A stretch of DNA of 64,000 nucleotides, taken from the NCBI GenBank assembly GCA_963665845.2, contig OY762492.1:1952001-2016000 (forward strand), read 5' to 3'. The translations under genes and the position numbers were made by a program. The stretch is from Candidatus Poribacteria bacterium. Its GTDB lineage: Bacteria; Poribacteria; WGA-4E; GCA-2687025. The notes under the pieces were generated by a model, which was given only the letters and a program-made list of their open reading frames with translations, was not told where the DNA came from and did no database searches. Shown in pieces: positions 1 through 9,961 of this stretch (the stretch's first letter is position 1; the number at the start of each line of letters is the position of its first letter).

Positions 1-1368
1 GGAGTCGTAATGCGCGTCATTCGTGAGACGGCGGGGCGCTGACGCCTCTTCCGCCCCGTTGAGCGCGATCTCAAACAGATCGGTCTGTCCGTCCACGGAG
101 GCGGCGAGAAGAACCCGCTTGCCGTCCGGATAAACGGCGGGGGAATGAGCCTCTTTAAAAGGAAGATCGATGCATCGGCGCAGCTCGCCGATGACGACGT
201 CGGAGACGATGAGGCGCAGCCGACCCCCCTTGCGCCCGATATAGAGAACCGCGTCGCCGTCCGGCGTCCAAGCGAGGGCGCGTCCCTTGACCGGCATCGA
301 ATCGAATTGACGGCGCGCCGATTTGGAGATGTTTTGAATCATGGAGCCGTCCCGCGCCGACAGAAGCCACACCTCGTCGCGCCGGTAGCTCCGCACAACG
401 GCGGCGAGAGCCTCTCCTTTGGGCGACCATGCGGGGCTGAATGTGTGGGCGGGGACGTTCACCGGCAGAGCGCGCGCCGCGTAATCGATCGGCTCCTTCG
501 CGCGGATGAGGGGCCAGTATTTTTTCTTTGCGTCCCGCTGCCACCGCTTATTAAACGTCTCGAAGTCGATGCCGAGCGTTTTTTGGAGCGGTTTGTCCAT
601 GTCGCCTGTGCGCTCTTGCGCGGCGGCGGTCAACAGCTGACCGAGCGCGCGGTCGCCGTACTGTTCAGCGATATACGCGGCGGCGGAGTATCCCTGCGCG
701 GCTGCCAGATCCAGATCGCCTCCGCGCTTCGCCAGCGCGTTGAAATCGTTCAGACTGTCCAGCGAGTCGAGCTGGTTGTTGAGGCTTGCGCCGCGCAGGA
801 CCGCCTCTTCGCGCAGCCGACCCGGCCCCGCCAAGTAAAGCGCCGTCCCTTCCAAGAACCAGTCGGGCGGATGAAACAGCGGACCGAGTCCGACCGCCTC
901 CCAGCCGCCGTTCGGGTACAGTATTTGCTGTTGAAGTTCGCGCGCGGCGAAATATCGAACCGACCGCCGAAAATCGGACTCCAGCCCGTCAAACACGATC
1001 ATCTTCCGCCGGCGCAGAAGCGGCGACCATGCCCGCAGACGAGTGTCCGCGCCGCCGGCGGGTATGTTGGACGCGGCGGCGGCGTAACGCGACGGAAAGA
1101 CGAACCACGCGCCCGCCTTTTCAAGACGCAGACCGAGCCGCTTCTCCATTTCGTCCGCCGCTTCTTCCGCTGTTGTCAACGCGCGGCGCGCCAGCTCCTC
1201 CGCCCCCTTCGGATAAGCGATGCGAAAACGTTCCGACGCGATCGAGTTCCATTCAAGAGGGGGGGACGGGGGGCGGTTTTGACCGTATGCGCCGGTCGAA
1301 ATCGCCTCGGCGGACGGCGCCGTCAACGCGGCGGCGCATGCAATCAGCAGCGCGGGAAGCAGTCTCAT
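1..1368 (-). CDS. Secreted protein with degenerate peptidase-MA-like N-terminal domain and PD40/TolB-like repeats (3' end outside window)
   Basis: Manual translation (absent from the ORF track because no stop lies in the window): ATG at 1368 overlaps the TGA of the upstream gene; signal peptide MRLLPALLIACAAALTAPSAEA; PDWFLEGTA motif; SPAVYPDGKRVLL...PRRLTNDAHYDS repeats. Confidence 0.75.
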   Translation of the reverse strand, partial: MRLLPALLIACAAALTAPSAEAISTGAYGQNRPPSPPLEWNSIASERFRIAYPKGAEELARRALTTAEEAADEMEKRLGLRLEKAGAWFVFPSRYAAAASNIPAGGADTRLRAWSPLLRRRKMIVFDGLESDFRRSVRYFAARELQQQILYPNGGWEAVGLGPLFHPPDWFLEGTALYLAGPGRLREEAVLRGASLNNQLDSLDSLNDFNALAKRGGDLDLAAAQGYSAAAYIAEQYGDRALGQLLTAAAQERTGDMDKPLQKTLGIDFETFNKRWQRDAKKKYWPLIRAKEPIDYAARALPVNVPAHTFSPAWSPKGEALAAVVRSYRRDEVWLLSARDGSMIQNISKSARRQFDSMPVKGRALAWTPDGDAVLYIGRKGGRLRLIVSDVVIGELRRCIDLPFKEAHSPAVYPDGKRVLLAASVDGQTDLFEIALNGAEEASAPRRLTNDAHYDS

Positions 1369-2051
1369 CGAGCCAGCGTCCTTTCTTCAATCTCGTAATG
1401 CGGCGCAATGGCGCGGATAAATTTGAGAACCGCGCGCCTGCCCAGCTGCGACGCCGTCTCGGTGGAGCTGAACGCCTCGCTCGCAATGGCGGTGAGAGCG
1501 TTGTGCGGCTCGCGGTAACGCTCCGTCAACGACTGCCGAAAGATCGGTTCGCCGCTCTCCGAATCGATGACCGCGATGTCCAGCTTGAAATAGTGGGAGC
1601 GGACGATGCGCGTTTCCACCTCCGTAATGATGCGCTGCTGCGCGTACGAGTAACGATCCACCGGCTGATGCTGAACGTCCAAGATCGTGTCGTAGGAGGC
1701 TTGGGCGGCGATGAGCGCGTCCACCTCAAAAAGATCCGCCCAGTCGCGCGCCTTGTCAGGGTCCGCCCAGTCGCCGGCGTTCAGCTCTTCGCCCGCCATC
1801 AGGGAGCGCGTGACCGCGCCGCTGACGACCGACGCGTCCGCCGAACGCCCGATGCGCTCGCGCGTCATTTCGGTTATCTCTTCCAGGACAGCGTCCGGCA
1901 GCCTGCCGCTTTCATCGACAAACGGAAGCGCCGCAAAGGAGCGGTGTTTCTGCAGGTCAATGGCGGAGGCAACCTTGACCCTTATGGGAGCCTTGACGGT
2001 CGACTGGCATCCGACAGCGGCTGCGAGCAGCAAGACGGCTAAGGTTCGCAT
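1365..2051 (-). CDS. Lipoprotein, CsgG/TolB-N-like fold suspected
   Basis: Lipobox LLLAAAVGC; FAALPF motif; coupled to both neighbours. Confidence 0.7.
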   Translation of the reverse strand: MRTLAVLLLAAAVGCQSTVKAPIRVKVASAIDLQKHRSFAALPFVDESGRLPDAVLEEITEMTRERIGRSADASVVSGAVTRSLMAGEELNAGDWADPDKARDWADLFEVDALIAAQASYDTILDVQHQPVDRYSYAQQRIITEVETRIVRSHYFKLDIAVIDSESGEPIFRQSLTERYREPHNALTAIASEAFSSTETASQLGRRAVLKFIRAIAPHYEIEERTLAR

Positions 2052-2428
2052 GATTCGGTCGTCTCCGTCTCGTTGGGCGGGGCGGCGGCGCGCCCTGCGC
2101 GTTGTTTGTTCATTTCCGCCATGCGCAGATTTTGAATGTAATGTTTGTTGTTTGGGTCGAGGCTCAACGCCCGCTCATACGCTTCGAGGGCGTCGTCGTA
2201 CTGCTCCGCCGCTTCGTAGGCGGCGCCGAGGTTGTTCCACACCTTTGCGTTTCCGCCGAGGGCGGCGGCTTGCTCCCATCGAAACGCCGCCTCTTTCCAG
2301 AGTCCATGTTCGGCTAAACGGACGCCGTAACGGTTGTAGGCGTCGATTCGGTCGGCGGAACCGGCGCAGCCGCACAGGCATGCGGCGCATACGGCGGCGG
2401 CTGTCCATATCCAACGGGCGCGCGGCAT
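2039..2428 (-). CDS. TPR-repeat lipoprotein
   Basis: Lipobox-like LCGC; TPR consensus VWNNLGAAYEAAEQYDDALEAYERALSLDPNN. Confidence 0.85.
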   Translation of the reverse strand: MPRARWIWTAAAVCAACLCGCAGSADRIDAYNRYGVRLAEHGLWKEAAFRWEQAAALGGNAKVWNNLGAAYEAAEQYDDALEAYERALSLDPNNKHYIQNLRMAEMNKQRAGRAAAPPNETETTESCEP

Positions 2429-2647
2429 TCGTCTCTCTCCGTCTTGCGGGCGGCTCCTTCGATACGTTTATAGTATAACGCATGGCGCCATGTTCGCCAT
2501 CATGTTTTCATTGCGGCATGCGAGTCAAGAAGGAACGGGAGTCCAGAGTCCCGACAGAAACCGTCCGCGTCATCGCTCGGATAGTTGAAGCGGAGAGGCG
2601 GCGCCCGGGAGGGAAGGCGGAGAAGGAGGCTCCTCTCCGCCCGCCCG

Positions 2648-3760
2648 TCATTCTTTGGCGGGGGCTTTCTCCTCCGTCGGCGTTTCTTCAGCGTCCGCCT
2701 TTTTTATCTTGCCCCATGGCGCTTTTTTTTTACCCACTGGGTCGACGGAGAGGAAGCGGCCCTTGCCCGCCAAAACCCAAGTTGGCGAATCCACACCCCG
2801 CTTGATGAGCGTCGTCTTTCCCGTAGCGACATGCATGCGGTAAATGCCTTCCGGCGCTGGATGGTTCGGGTCACTTGAAGAGCCAAAGTAAACAATCCAT
2901 TTAGAATCGGGAGACCAATCGACGCCGATTTCAAAGTGTGTATTGTACGAGAGTCGCTCCACATTTGAGCCGTCCGGGTTCATCAAGTAAAGTTCCCACG
3001 CCTTCGGGGAAGGAAATTTACGGTAGGACACAAATACGATCTTTCGCCCGTCCGGCGACCATACGGGATAGGCGTCTGCTTTTGGATGGTTGCTGATGTT
3101 GACCATATTCGATCCGTCGGCGTCCATGACATAGACCTCGTTGTTTCGCACAGCCTCCTCCACTAAATGAGGCTCTTCCAAGGCTCCGAACGCGATCTTC
3201 TTGCCGTCCGGCGACCATGACGGAATTCCGTATGCAGGATTTCGCCGGGGAAAATCGGTCAGCTGAACAGATGCGCCGCTGCGGATATTGACCTTGAAGA
3301 TGTTCGCCGCAAGGATGAGATTGGTGATGCGCCATGTGTCGACAATCGCCACCCAGTTTCCGTCCGGCGACCAAGAGGGGTAAACATAATCGCCTACCCC
3401 CTCTGGGAGCCATTCCAGCAGATTTTGGACGGCGCCGGTTTCCAGATTCAACACATAAGGCGTGTAGCTCCTGTCGGCTCCATCGTACACGACGACTGCG
3501 GCGCGCTTCCCGTCCGGCGACCAGTATGCGCTGCCGGAGAACCGCGCTTTTCCGTCGCCTATCCAGAGACGATCGTTCTTGCCGTCCCAGTCCATGAGGC
3601 GAATCTCATACCCGTCTCCTGTAGCATAGCAGACGGTCGGTTTGGTCAGCTTCGTCACATCCTCTCGATGCTTTGGCAGCGGCAGGACAGCAAACGCCGG
3701 TTGAGAATGTATCAGCAAAGCGACGAGAGCGAAACAGGCGAAAATTCGAATCTGTCGCAT
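2648..3760 (-). CDS. Secreted TolB-like (PD40) beta-propeller protein with C-terminal VDPxGK...WGxIK motif
   Basis: Signal peptide; multiple WSPDG repeats; C-terminal SVDPVGKKKAPWGKIKK. Confidence 0.9.
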   Translation of the reverse strand: MRQIRIFACFALVALLIHSQPAFAVLPLPKHREDVTKLTKPTVCYATGDGYEIRLMDWDGKNDRLWIGDGKARFSGSAYWSPDGKRAAVVVYDGADRSYTPYVLNLETGAVQNLLEWLPEGVGDYVYPSWSPDGNWVAIVDTWRITNLILAANIFKVNIRSGASVQLTDFPRRNPAYGIPSWSPDGKKIAFGALEEPHLVEEAVRNNEVYVMDADGSNMVNISNHPKADAYPVWSPDGRKIVFVSYRKFPSPKAWELYLMNPDGSNVERLSYNTHFEIGVDWSPDSKWIVYFGSSSDPNHPAPEGIYRMHVATGKTTLIKRGVDSPTWVLAGKGRFLSVDPVGKKKAPWGKIKKADAEETPTEEKAPAKE

Positions 3761-3991
3761 TGAATCGTACCTTCCAAAATGTAACCGCTCAAACTTGAAT
3801 CCGCAGTTCCAAAGATAGAGGCGCAGGGGGCGGGTTTGAAGCCGCGCCCCTGTTCCTCAGCAGCGTCAATCTGCAAGCAGTTTGGCTTTTCGCTTACTGC
3901 TCCAGATCGTGCCGCCGCCTGTCTGAGGCAAACCGCTTTTAGTCGATGCGCCGCCGAGAGGCATTACGGCAAAGGGCGCCGTCAAGGCGGA

Positions 3992-4891
3992 TCATGGGCG
4001 CCATTCCAGCTCCGCGGCGACAGGGAAATGGTCGCTTGGGTACTGTCCGTCCATCTCAAACAGGTGGGTCTCATACGCGACCGCTTTTAGCCCGCCTCGC
4101 AGAAGTATCCAGTCGATGCGCGCGCCCTCCCGCGGACCGCGCCAACCGTGGAAGGTGGCGATGTTTGGTATGTCGACTCCAGATTCCAGCGCGGCGTCCC
4201 GAAAACCCGCCTCCTCGGTCAAAATCTCATACGGGCGGCTGCGTTCGGCGGCGGCGTTGAAATCGCCCAACAGAACGATCGGGAGATCAGGGTTCAGCTC
4301 GGCGCAGCGCGCGGCGACCAGCTGCGCCGAACGGACGCGCGCCTCCTCCACCACATGATCAAAATGCGTGTTGACGACGTAAAGCTCTCGATCCGCCGCC
4401 TTGTCCAAGAACCTGACCCATGTCGCCATCCGCACCACCGTATTTCCCCAACTGGAGGAGCCGACAACGTTCGGCGTGTCGGAGAGCCAGTAATGGTCAA
4501 ATTCCAGCGGCTCAAACCTGTCCCGCTTGAAAAAGACCGCCATGAACTCGCCTCGGCTTCCGCCGCTGCGCCCCGTCCCGATCCACTCGTATTCAGGCAT
4601 GTCCGCCGCCATATCGCGCAGCTGACGGTACACCCCCTCCTGCGTTCCGACGATGTCGGGGTCATGCTGTCGGCGCCACTCGCGGACAACGGGGCGGCGT
4701 TCCTGCCATGAGTTCGGCGGCTCATACTGCGCAAATTTCAGGTTGAAGGAGACGGCGCGGATTCGAGAAGCGGCGGTATTGTTCATAGGATCAGTTTCTT
4801 CGGTTGAAGCGGAAACAGTAACGAAAGCCAACAAGCATACTGCCGCCGGCAACAGCGTTCGCCCGCCGGCATGTTTAAACTCAAAAACCAT
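3992..4891 (-). CDS. Endonuclease/exonuclease/phosphatase family protein
   Basis: Motifs SFNLK, GTQE, NTHFDH, GDFN, IDWI, SDHFPV. Confidence 0.9.
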   Translation of the reverse strand: MVFEFKHAGGRTLLPAAVCLLAFVTVSASTEETDPMNNTAASRIRAVSFNLKFAQYEPPNSWQERRPVVREWRRQHDPDIVGTQEGVYRQLRDMAADMPEYEWIGTGRSGGSRGEFMAVFFKRDRFEPLEFDHYWLSDTPNVVGSSSWGNTVVRMATWVRFLDKAADRELYVVNTHFDHVVEEARVRSAQLVAARCAELNPDLPIVLLGDFNAAAERSRPYEILTEEAGFRDAALESGVDIPNIATFHGWRGPREGARIDWILLRGGLKAVAYETHLFEMDGQYPSDHFPVAAELEWRP

Positions 4892-4961
4892 TAATAAGGC
4901 GCTTTCGGTTCATATCGGCTATCATGATGTCCATAGCCATTTTACCATAGAAAGAGGCAGC

Positions 4962-5816
4962 GTGTTTAAAACTCCATCGATCGTCTTCTTGATCCAATGC
5001 CCCGACCAGAAGGGACTTGTCGCCGCGGTGAGCAATTTCTTTTTTGAGCGCGGGTTCAACATCCTGGGCAATCAGCAGTACACCGATTCGGCGCGCAACA
5101 TCTACTACATGCGGATCGAGCTGGATCTGCGCCACCTGGCTGTGTCGCGCCAGCATCTTGAGGAGGAGTTTGACGAGTTGGCCAGGGCGCTCAGCATGAA
5201 ATGGACGGTACACTACTCCGACCTTCGCCCGCGCGCCGCCATCCTCGCGACGAGAGCTCCGCACTGTCTTTACGACCTGTTGCTGCGCCAAAAAGAGGGG
5301 GAACTGGAGTGCGACATTCCGCTCATTATCAGCAACCATGCGTATCTGGAGGAGGCCGCCAATCTGTTCCGCATTCCGTTCCACTGCCTGCCTGTCGGCG
5401 ACGACCGAGACGCCCAGGAGCGCCGCGTCCTGGAGCTGCTCAAAGCGCATCATATCGATCTTGTCATTCTGGCGCGGTATATGCAGATTCTTTCCAAGCG
5501 CGCTATTGACGCCTATCCGAACTGCATTATCAACATTCACCATGCGTTTTTGCCGGCGTTTCAGGGCGCATACCCGTATCGGCAGGCGTATGAGCGCGGC
5601 GTCAAAATGATCGGAGCGACGGCGCATTACGCCACTGAAGACCTTGACCAGGGGCCGATCCTTGAGCAGGACGCGGTGCGCGTGACGCATGAGCAGTCCC
5701 CGCGCGATCTTGAACAGATCGGGCGCGATATTGAGCGGGTCGTGCTGGCGAAAGCTGTCAAGGCGCACCTTGAGCGGCGCGTCATGGTCTCTGAAAACCG
5801 CGCCATCGTCTTCTAA
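4962..5816 (+). CDS. purU: Formyltetrahydrofolate deformylase
   Basis: ACT domain CPDQKGLVA; LARYMQILS; INIHHAFLPAFQGA; GVKMIGATAHY; GTG start at 4962 after GAGG. Confidence 0.95.
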   Translation: MFKTPSIVFLIQCPDQKGLVAAVSNFFFERGFNILGNQQYTDSARNIYYMRIELDLRHLAVSRQHLEEEFDELARALSMKWTVHYSDLRPRAAILATRAPHCLYDLLLRQKEGELECDIPLIISNHAYLEEAANLFRIPFHCLPVGDDRDAQERRVLELLKAHHIDLVILARYMQILSKRAIDAYPNCIINIHHAFLPAFQGAYPYRQAYERGVKMIGATAHYATEDLDQGPILEQDAVRVTHEQSPRDLEQIGRDIERVVLAKAVKAHLERRVMVSENRAIVF

Positions 5817-5824
5817 ACGGACGT

Positions 5825-6853
5825 TTAGCCCGCCTCGTCAACGCCGTCCCAGGTGTAGCCTTCGATCTCGCCTTTTCGGACGAGCAGCGACGACTGAATC
5901 ATGGCGCGCAGGCTGCCTCTGGGCTGAAAACCGATCAGGCTTTTCGCCTTGTTGATGCAGTGGTCGTATACCCATCGGACCGGCAGGCGCGCCTCCACAG
6001 GCTCCTGACCCGTCCATTCGCGCATGATCTCCGCCGCTTCGACAAAGGAGAACGGGGCGGGCGCGCCGAGGTTGAACGACTCATGGACAGCCGCTTCGGA
6101 GCGTATCGCGCATATCATCGCAAGGGCGACGTCGCGCGCGTCGTTCGGCTGATACATCCATGGGCGCCCGTCCAGGTCTGTCGCGGCGCATGGCTGGGAC
6201 ATGCTCTCCGCCTTCTCTTCCAGTTCGCGCCATGGCTCCGTGCCGGCGGGGGTGTGGATTTCGCTGAGCGGATGCCGCTGCCCGTTTTTCAAGAGTCCGA
6301 CCGCCCTGCCGACGCTCAAATTGCTCAATACCGAGTCGCCGGAAAGCGCATGGCTTGGACGGACGATCGTCCATCGCAAGCCCGTACTTCGCCCCGCGTC
6401 TTCAGCCATGAATTCGCCAATCAGCTTGGAGAGGTTATACTCGCCGGGCGCGCGCTTCGGGTGGAGTTCATCGACAGGGTGGTAGGCGCAGGCGAGGTTG
6501 TGGCTGTCGTTCGGAAAGACGCCCGACGAGCTGACGTACACATAACGCTCCAGCCGGTCGGCATTCTGGGCGCAAACGCGCGTGACGACGCGGTTCGTTT
6601 GAATGTTGTTGTCGAAATGGGGACCGACAAGGTTGGCGGTGTGCGCGACCGCGTCCACGCCGTCGACCGCTTTTTGAACAAATTCGTCGTCCTGCAGGTC
6701 GCCCGCCAGCAGTTCAACATCGATTCCGTCTAGGCGTTCGATGGCGGGGTCGTCTGGGAGAACGGTTCCGCGCGCCTCCCAGTTTTGGTCAAGTATCTGT
6801 CGGACAAGCCTGCATCCGACCTGCCCCGCGGCGCCCGTTACAAGTACTTTCAT
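5825..6853 (-). CDS. NAD-dependent epimerase/dehydratase (extended SDR)
   Basis: MKVLVTGAAGQVG Rossmann motif; YNLSK catalytic YxxxK. Confidence 0.9.
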   Translation of the reverse strand: MKVLVTGAAGQVGCRLVRQILDQNWEARGTVLPDDPAIERLDGIDVELLAGDLQDDEFVQKAVDGVDAVAHTANLVGPHFDNNIQTNRVVTRVCAQNADRLERYVYVSSSGVFPNDSHNLACAYHPVDELHPKRAPGEYNLSKLIGEFMAEDAGRSTGLRWTIVRPSHALSGDSVLSNLSVGRAVGLLKNGQRHPLSEIHTPAGTEPWRELEEKAESMSQPCAATDLDGRPWMYQPNDARDVALAMICAIRSEAAVHESFNLGAPAPFSFVEAAEIMREWTGQEPVEARLPVRWVYDHCINKAKSLIGFQPRGSLRAMIQSSLLVRKGEIEGYTWDGVDEAG

Positions 6854-6892
6854 ATCGGAAAACTCCCTGTCGGCATTCGGTTCACGCTGCGC

Positions 6893-6921
6893 ATTATGCA
6901 TGGGAACGGGCGGCGCGTCAA
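6893..6921 (-). promoter_or_regulatory. Sigma70-like promoter
   Basis: TTGACG-17 nt-CATAAT upstream of the epimerase gene. Confidence 0.65.
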
Positions 6922-6932
6922 GCGGAACCTAA

Positions 6933-7352
6933 CAGACCTCATGTTAAAAGTTGAGACATTTGAACCGACGATCGCTTTATTCATGGGAAAAAGGCTCCGC
7001 CAACCAGGCCGTCATTCCCGCGCAAGCGGGAATCCAGAGGCGCCGCCGAAACCGTCTGCTGTCTGAACTAGGATTGCCAAGATTGAAAAGATTGCCAAGA
7101 GGATTCCCGTAAGCCGCGCTCTTGGCAATCTTAATCGTCCTTCCATCCCAGTTCAAACAAGCGCAACCCGCGCGCCAAACCCCCTAGCCCCTTACGCCTA
7201 AAGTTGGGACATTTGAACCAACGATCGCTCTATTCATAGGAAAAGGCTCCGCCAACCAGACCGTCATTCCCGCGTAAGCGGGAATCCAGAGGCGCCGCAG
7301 AAGACGTCTGCGTTCGCCCGCCGGCATGTCCTAACTAAAGACGTAAGGTCTA
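6933..7352. mobile_element. Composite MITE-like/REP element
   Basis: Degenerate termini CAGACCTCATGTTAAAAGTTGAGACAT and ATGTCCTAACTAAAGACGTAAGGTC; two CGTCATTCCCGCG(C/T)AAGCGGGAATCCAG hairpins at 7010 and 7262 inside a duplicated unit. Confidence 0.7.
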
Positions 7353-7536
7353 TTGAAGCGGTTGATGGGCGACAAGGAGCCGCTGTTTAGGCATATCGCC
7401 AAACGGCAAGGCGGTGAACTGCCCATGCGCCCCGTTTCGTTGTTTCCGTAGGCCGTCCGCCGTTAATCCTCAATGAGTCCCAAATCCAGCTCAATGATTT
7501 TGAAATCGGGATGATCTTTTTCTCCCCATCGAATCG

Positions 7537-8355
7537 CTAAGGCTTTGTTTTGACGCGCGTTTCTACCCCTTCAAGCTCGTCAATCTCGGCGCGAACATCT
7601 TGATATTCAGCCTCCAACGATTCGCCCGTTGCCATCCGCTCCAGTATGTCCAGCTCCTTGCTTCGAAGATTTTCCAATGTAAGGCGGCCCGATTCTGACA
7701 ATCGCCGCTTCATTTGGTATCGGACAACCACTTCAGTATGCGGTTTTTCTATCGTGTATATCTCGCCATTTGGCAGCTCAAACACATTGCCTTGCGCTGT
7801 TGGAGGCAGGCGGCCCGCCCGAACCAACATGGATGTCGGGTTGAAATTGGCGATTGTGCGCTGATCTTGGAAAAAAATCATTGCGGTCGTCAATTCGGGG
7901 CGTACGTTGTCGACAATGCGTTCTTGGATATTCAAGAACGCCTGCAATCTCGCATTGATCTCCTTGACGCCCTCGCTCATCAAGCGATCGTATTCGATAA
8001 GCATGAGCCGCGCATATTCATCCAAGGTTGCGTCCAACGTCTGATATTTCAGCTCGCTGATGTCGGATGCCAAAAAAGGCGTCGTTTCATGCGGTTGGGC
8101 GGCAACCTCTGTTTCCGGCGTCTGTTGCGTCTGCGTTTCCACAGACCTTGGCGAATCGCGATCTTTTTCGGATTCTTCCGACCGGTCAACAGATTCTGAA
8201 GGCTTCGCCGTAATCTCCTGTCTTGCGGGCAACGGACTTTGCCCTGCGGAGCCGGGGTCATGATCCTCTTGACTGTTTAACATCCACCAAATCAAGGCGG
8301 CCGACGCAATGCACCCCGCCGCTAGAATGATCGCCCATCGATGTTTTGTCTTCAT
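7537..8355 (-). CDS. Hypothetical membrane-anchored protein (possible 3' frameshift)
   Basis: N-terminal hydrophobic helix, low-complexity linker, AGGAG RBS and promoter upstream. Confidence 0.7.
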   Translation of the reverse strand: MKTKHRWAIILAAGCIASAALIWWMLNSQEDHDPGSAGQSPLPARQEITAKPSESVDRSEESEKDRDSPRSVETQTQQTPETEVAAQPHETTPFLASDISELKYQTLDATLDEYARLMLIEYDRLMSEGVKEINARLQAFLNIQERIVDNVRPELTTAMIFFQDQRTIANFNPTSMLVRAGRLPPTAQGNVFELPNGEIYTIEKPHTEVVVRYQMKRRLSESGRLTLENLRSKELDILERMATGESLEAEYQDVRAEIDELEGVETRVKTKP

Positions 8356-8416
8356 GAGGGAATCTCCTGCGTTAGCCCAGTTAAACCGCTTTTAGCCCAG
8401 ATAAACCGCCTATGAA

Positions 8417-8445
8417 ATTATAATACGGACTTTCTAACAGCGCAA
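8417..8445 (-). promoter_or_regulatory. Sigma70-like promoter
   Basis: TTGCGC-17 nt-TATAAT. Confidence 0.7.
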
Positions 8446-8455
8446 CCTTGCAACT

Positions 8456-8546
8456 CTGACCTCACGTCTTAAGTTGGGACATGTCGGCATGCGAACGCGG
8501 ACGTCTTCTGCGGCGTCTCTAGATTCCCGCTTACGCGGAAATGACG
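8456..8546. mobile_element. MITE-like element end plus CGTC REP
   Basis: CTGACCTCACGTCTTAAGTTGGGACAT at 8456-8482, identical (reverse complement) to 41054-41080 and 47277-47303, followed by a REP hairpin. Confidence 0.75.
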
Positions 8547-8774
8547 GAGAGGGAAAGCGGAAATGACGGAGAGGGAAAGCGGAAATGACGGAGAGGGAAA
8601 GCGGAAATGACGGAGAGGGAAAGCGGAAATGACGGAGAGGGAAAGCGGAAATGACGGAGAGGGAAAGCGGAAATGACGGAGAGGGAAAGCGGAAATGACG
8701 GAGAGGGAAAGCGGAAATGACGGAGAGGGAAAGCGGAAATGACGGAGAGGGAAAGCGGAAATGACGGAGAGGGA
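8535..8774. repeat. 22-bp tandem repeat, 11 copies
   Basis: Unit GCGGAAATGACGGAGAGGGAAA starting at 8535, 8557 ... 8755; unit is one REP arm plus 10 flanking nt. Confidence 0.95.
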
Positions 8775-8812
8775 GGGGCGCGGCAGGCTAAGGGCGGACG
8801 GCGTCCGCCGCT

Positions 8813-9961
8813 TTATGGAGGCGGGAAGCGGACGCGGCGCCCCGCCATAAAATGCGGCTCTCCGCCGCGGTCTAGATGATGCCAGCGCGGAGAGTAGCCG
8901 TAAATGAGCCAGCCCTCCCGTCCGTTCGGCTCGTCCATGATGAGGGTCGGGTGCCATGCCAGCTCCTGATACGGAACGGCGACGGAGAATGCGCGCACAA
9001 CCCGAACAGGCTTTGACCAGTCGATTCCGTTCTCCGACGTTGCGACGTAGATGCCGCTGCGCAGCGGTTTCATTGGCGGGTCGGCGCCGGCGTATTCGCG
9101 CCATGCGTTCATATTAAAAAACATGACATACCGCTCCAGCGCCGGAACCCATACAACATGCGGGAAGGTGGCGTCCGCGCCGATATTCAGCCCCGACATG
9201 ACAGGGTCGTCCAGACCTCCCATGCCCGGTTCGCTGAAGGCGCCGCCGCGCCATTTATGCCAGGCTTCAGGGGCGGGCGGCTTGCCGTTTTGAATGTCGG
9301 CGCGGGCAACGCAGATCTGAACGCCGCGCCCCTCCGCCCGCGAATGATCCACATAATACAGCAGCAGAAAGCCGCCGCCGCGTCCAAGCGTCAAACACGC
9401 CTCCCCGGCGCCTTGGTCCGGCATGCCGCCTGGCTCCTTCGCTTGACGGCTGCGCAAAGCGACTCCCGTCTTAACAAACGACCGCCCTTCGTCCATCGAG
9501 ACGGCGGACCCGATCAGCGCGTAGTAGCCCGGCACCCCTGGACCGACATCCGCCATGCCTTCATGGTCTTCGGCGTGGTAGACGGCGTAAAGCGTTCCGT
9601 CTGGGAAGCGGTGTACTCCGCAGACGCCGGCGTATCCGTTGTCAAACTCGCCGGGGCGCCCCGGCGCGAGAACCTGCGCGCCCGCCCGCAGCGAGCGCAT
9701 GTCCTCCCCCTCAAAGAGATAGACCGCCGTCCCCGCCGTGACGAGAAGACGCAGCGGACGCCGACTCAACAGCGCGCATGCCGTGTCGGGGAAGTAGCTC
9801 AACCCGCTTTGAGCGCGCGTCAACAGCGTCTCCTGGGCGGACAGTTCCATCGGAACGCCGCCCGTCTCGACCCTCAACGGCTCCGACCCCCAAGCCGAGC
9901 ATGCGAGCCATATCAAAAACGCCGCCGCGCGTTCAGTCCCGCCGCTCTTGGTACGCCGCAT
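8813..9961 (-). CDS. Secreted five-bladed beta-propeller glycoside-hydrolase-like protein
   Basis: Signal-peptide-like N-terminus; FDNGYAG, YHAEDH, AVSMDEGRSF, ATSENGIDWS motifs; family not resolved. Confidence 0.6.
   Translation of the reverse strand: MRRTKSGGTERAAAFLIWLACSAWGSEPLRVETGGVPMELSAQETLLTRAQSGLSYFPDTACALLSRRPLRLLVTAGTAVYLFEGEDMRSLRAGAQVLAPGRPGEFDNGYAGVCGVHRFPDGTLYAVYHAEDHEGMADVGPGVPGYYALIGSAVSMDEGRSFVKTGVALRSRQAKEPGGMPDQGAGEACLTLGRGGGFLLLYYVDHSRAEGRGVQICVARADIQNGKPPAPEAWHKWRGGAFSEPGMGGLDDPVMSGLNIGADATFPHVVWVPALERYVMFFNMNAWREYAGADPPMKPLRSGIYVATSENGIDWSKPVRVVRAFSVAVPYQELAWHPTLIMDEPNGREGWLIYGYSPRWHHLDRGGEPHFMAGRRVRFPPP

Noticed and set aside
145-2042. Long plus-strand ORFs 145-1398 and 786-2042
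   Set aside because: Shadow ORFs of real minus-strand genes in high-GC DNA; Arg/Pro-rich with no motifs
8535-8774. CRISPR-like array
   Set aside because: Units are identical head-to-tail with no unique spacers and no cas genes; it is a REP-derived tandem repeat
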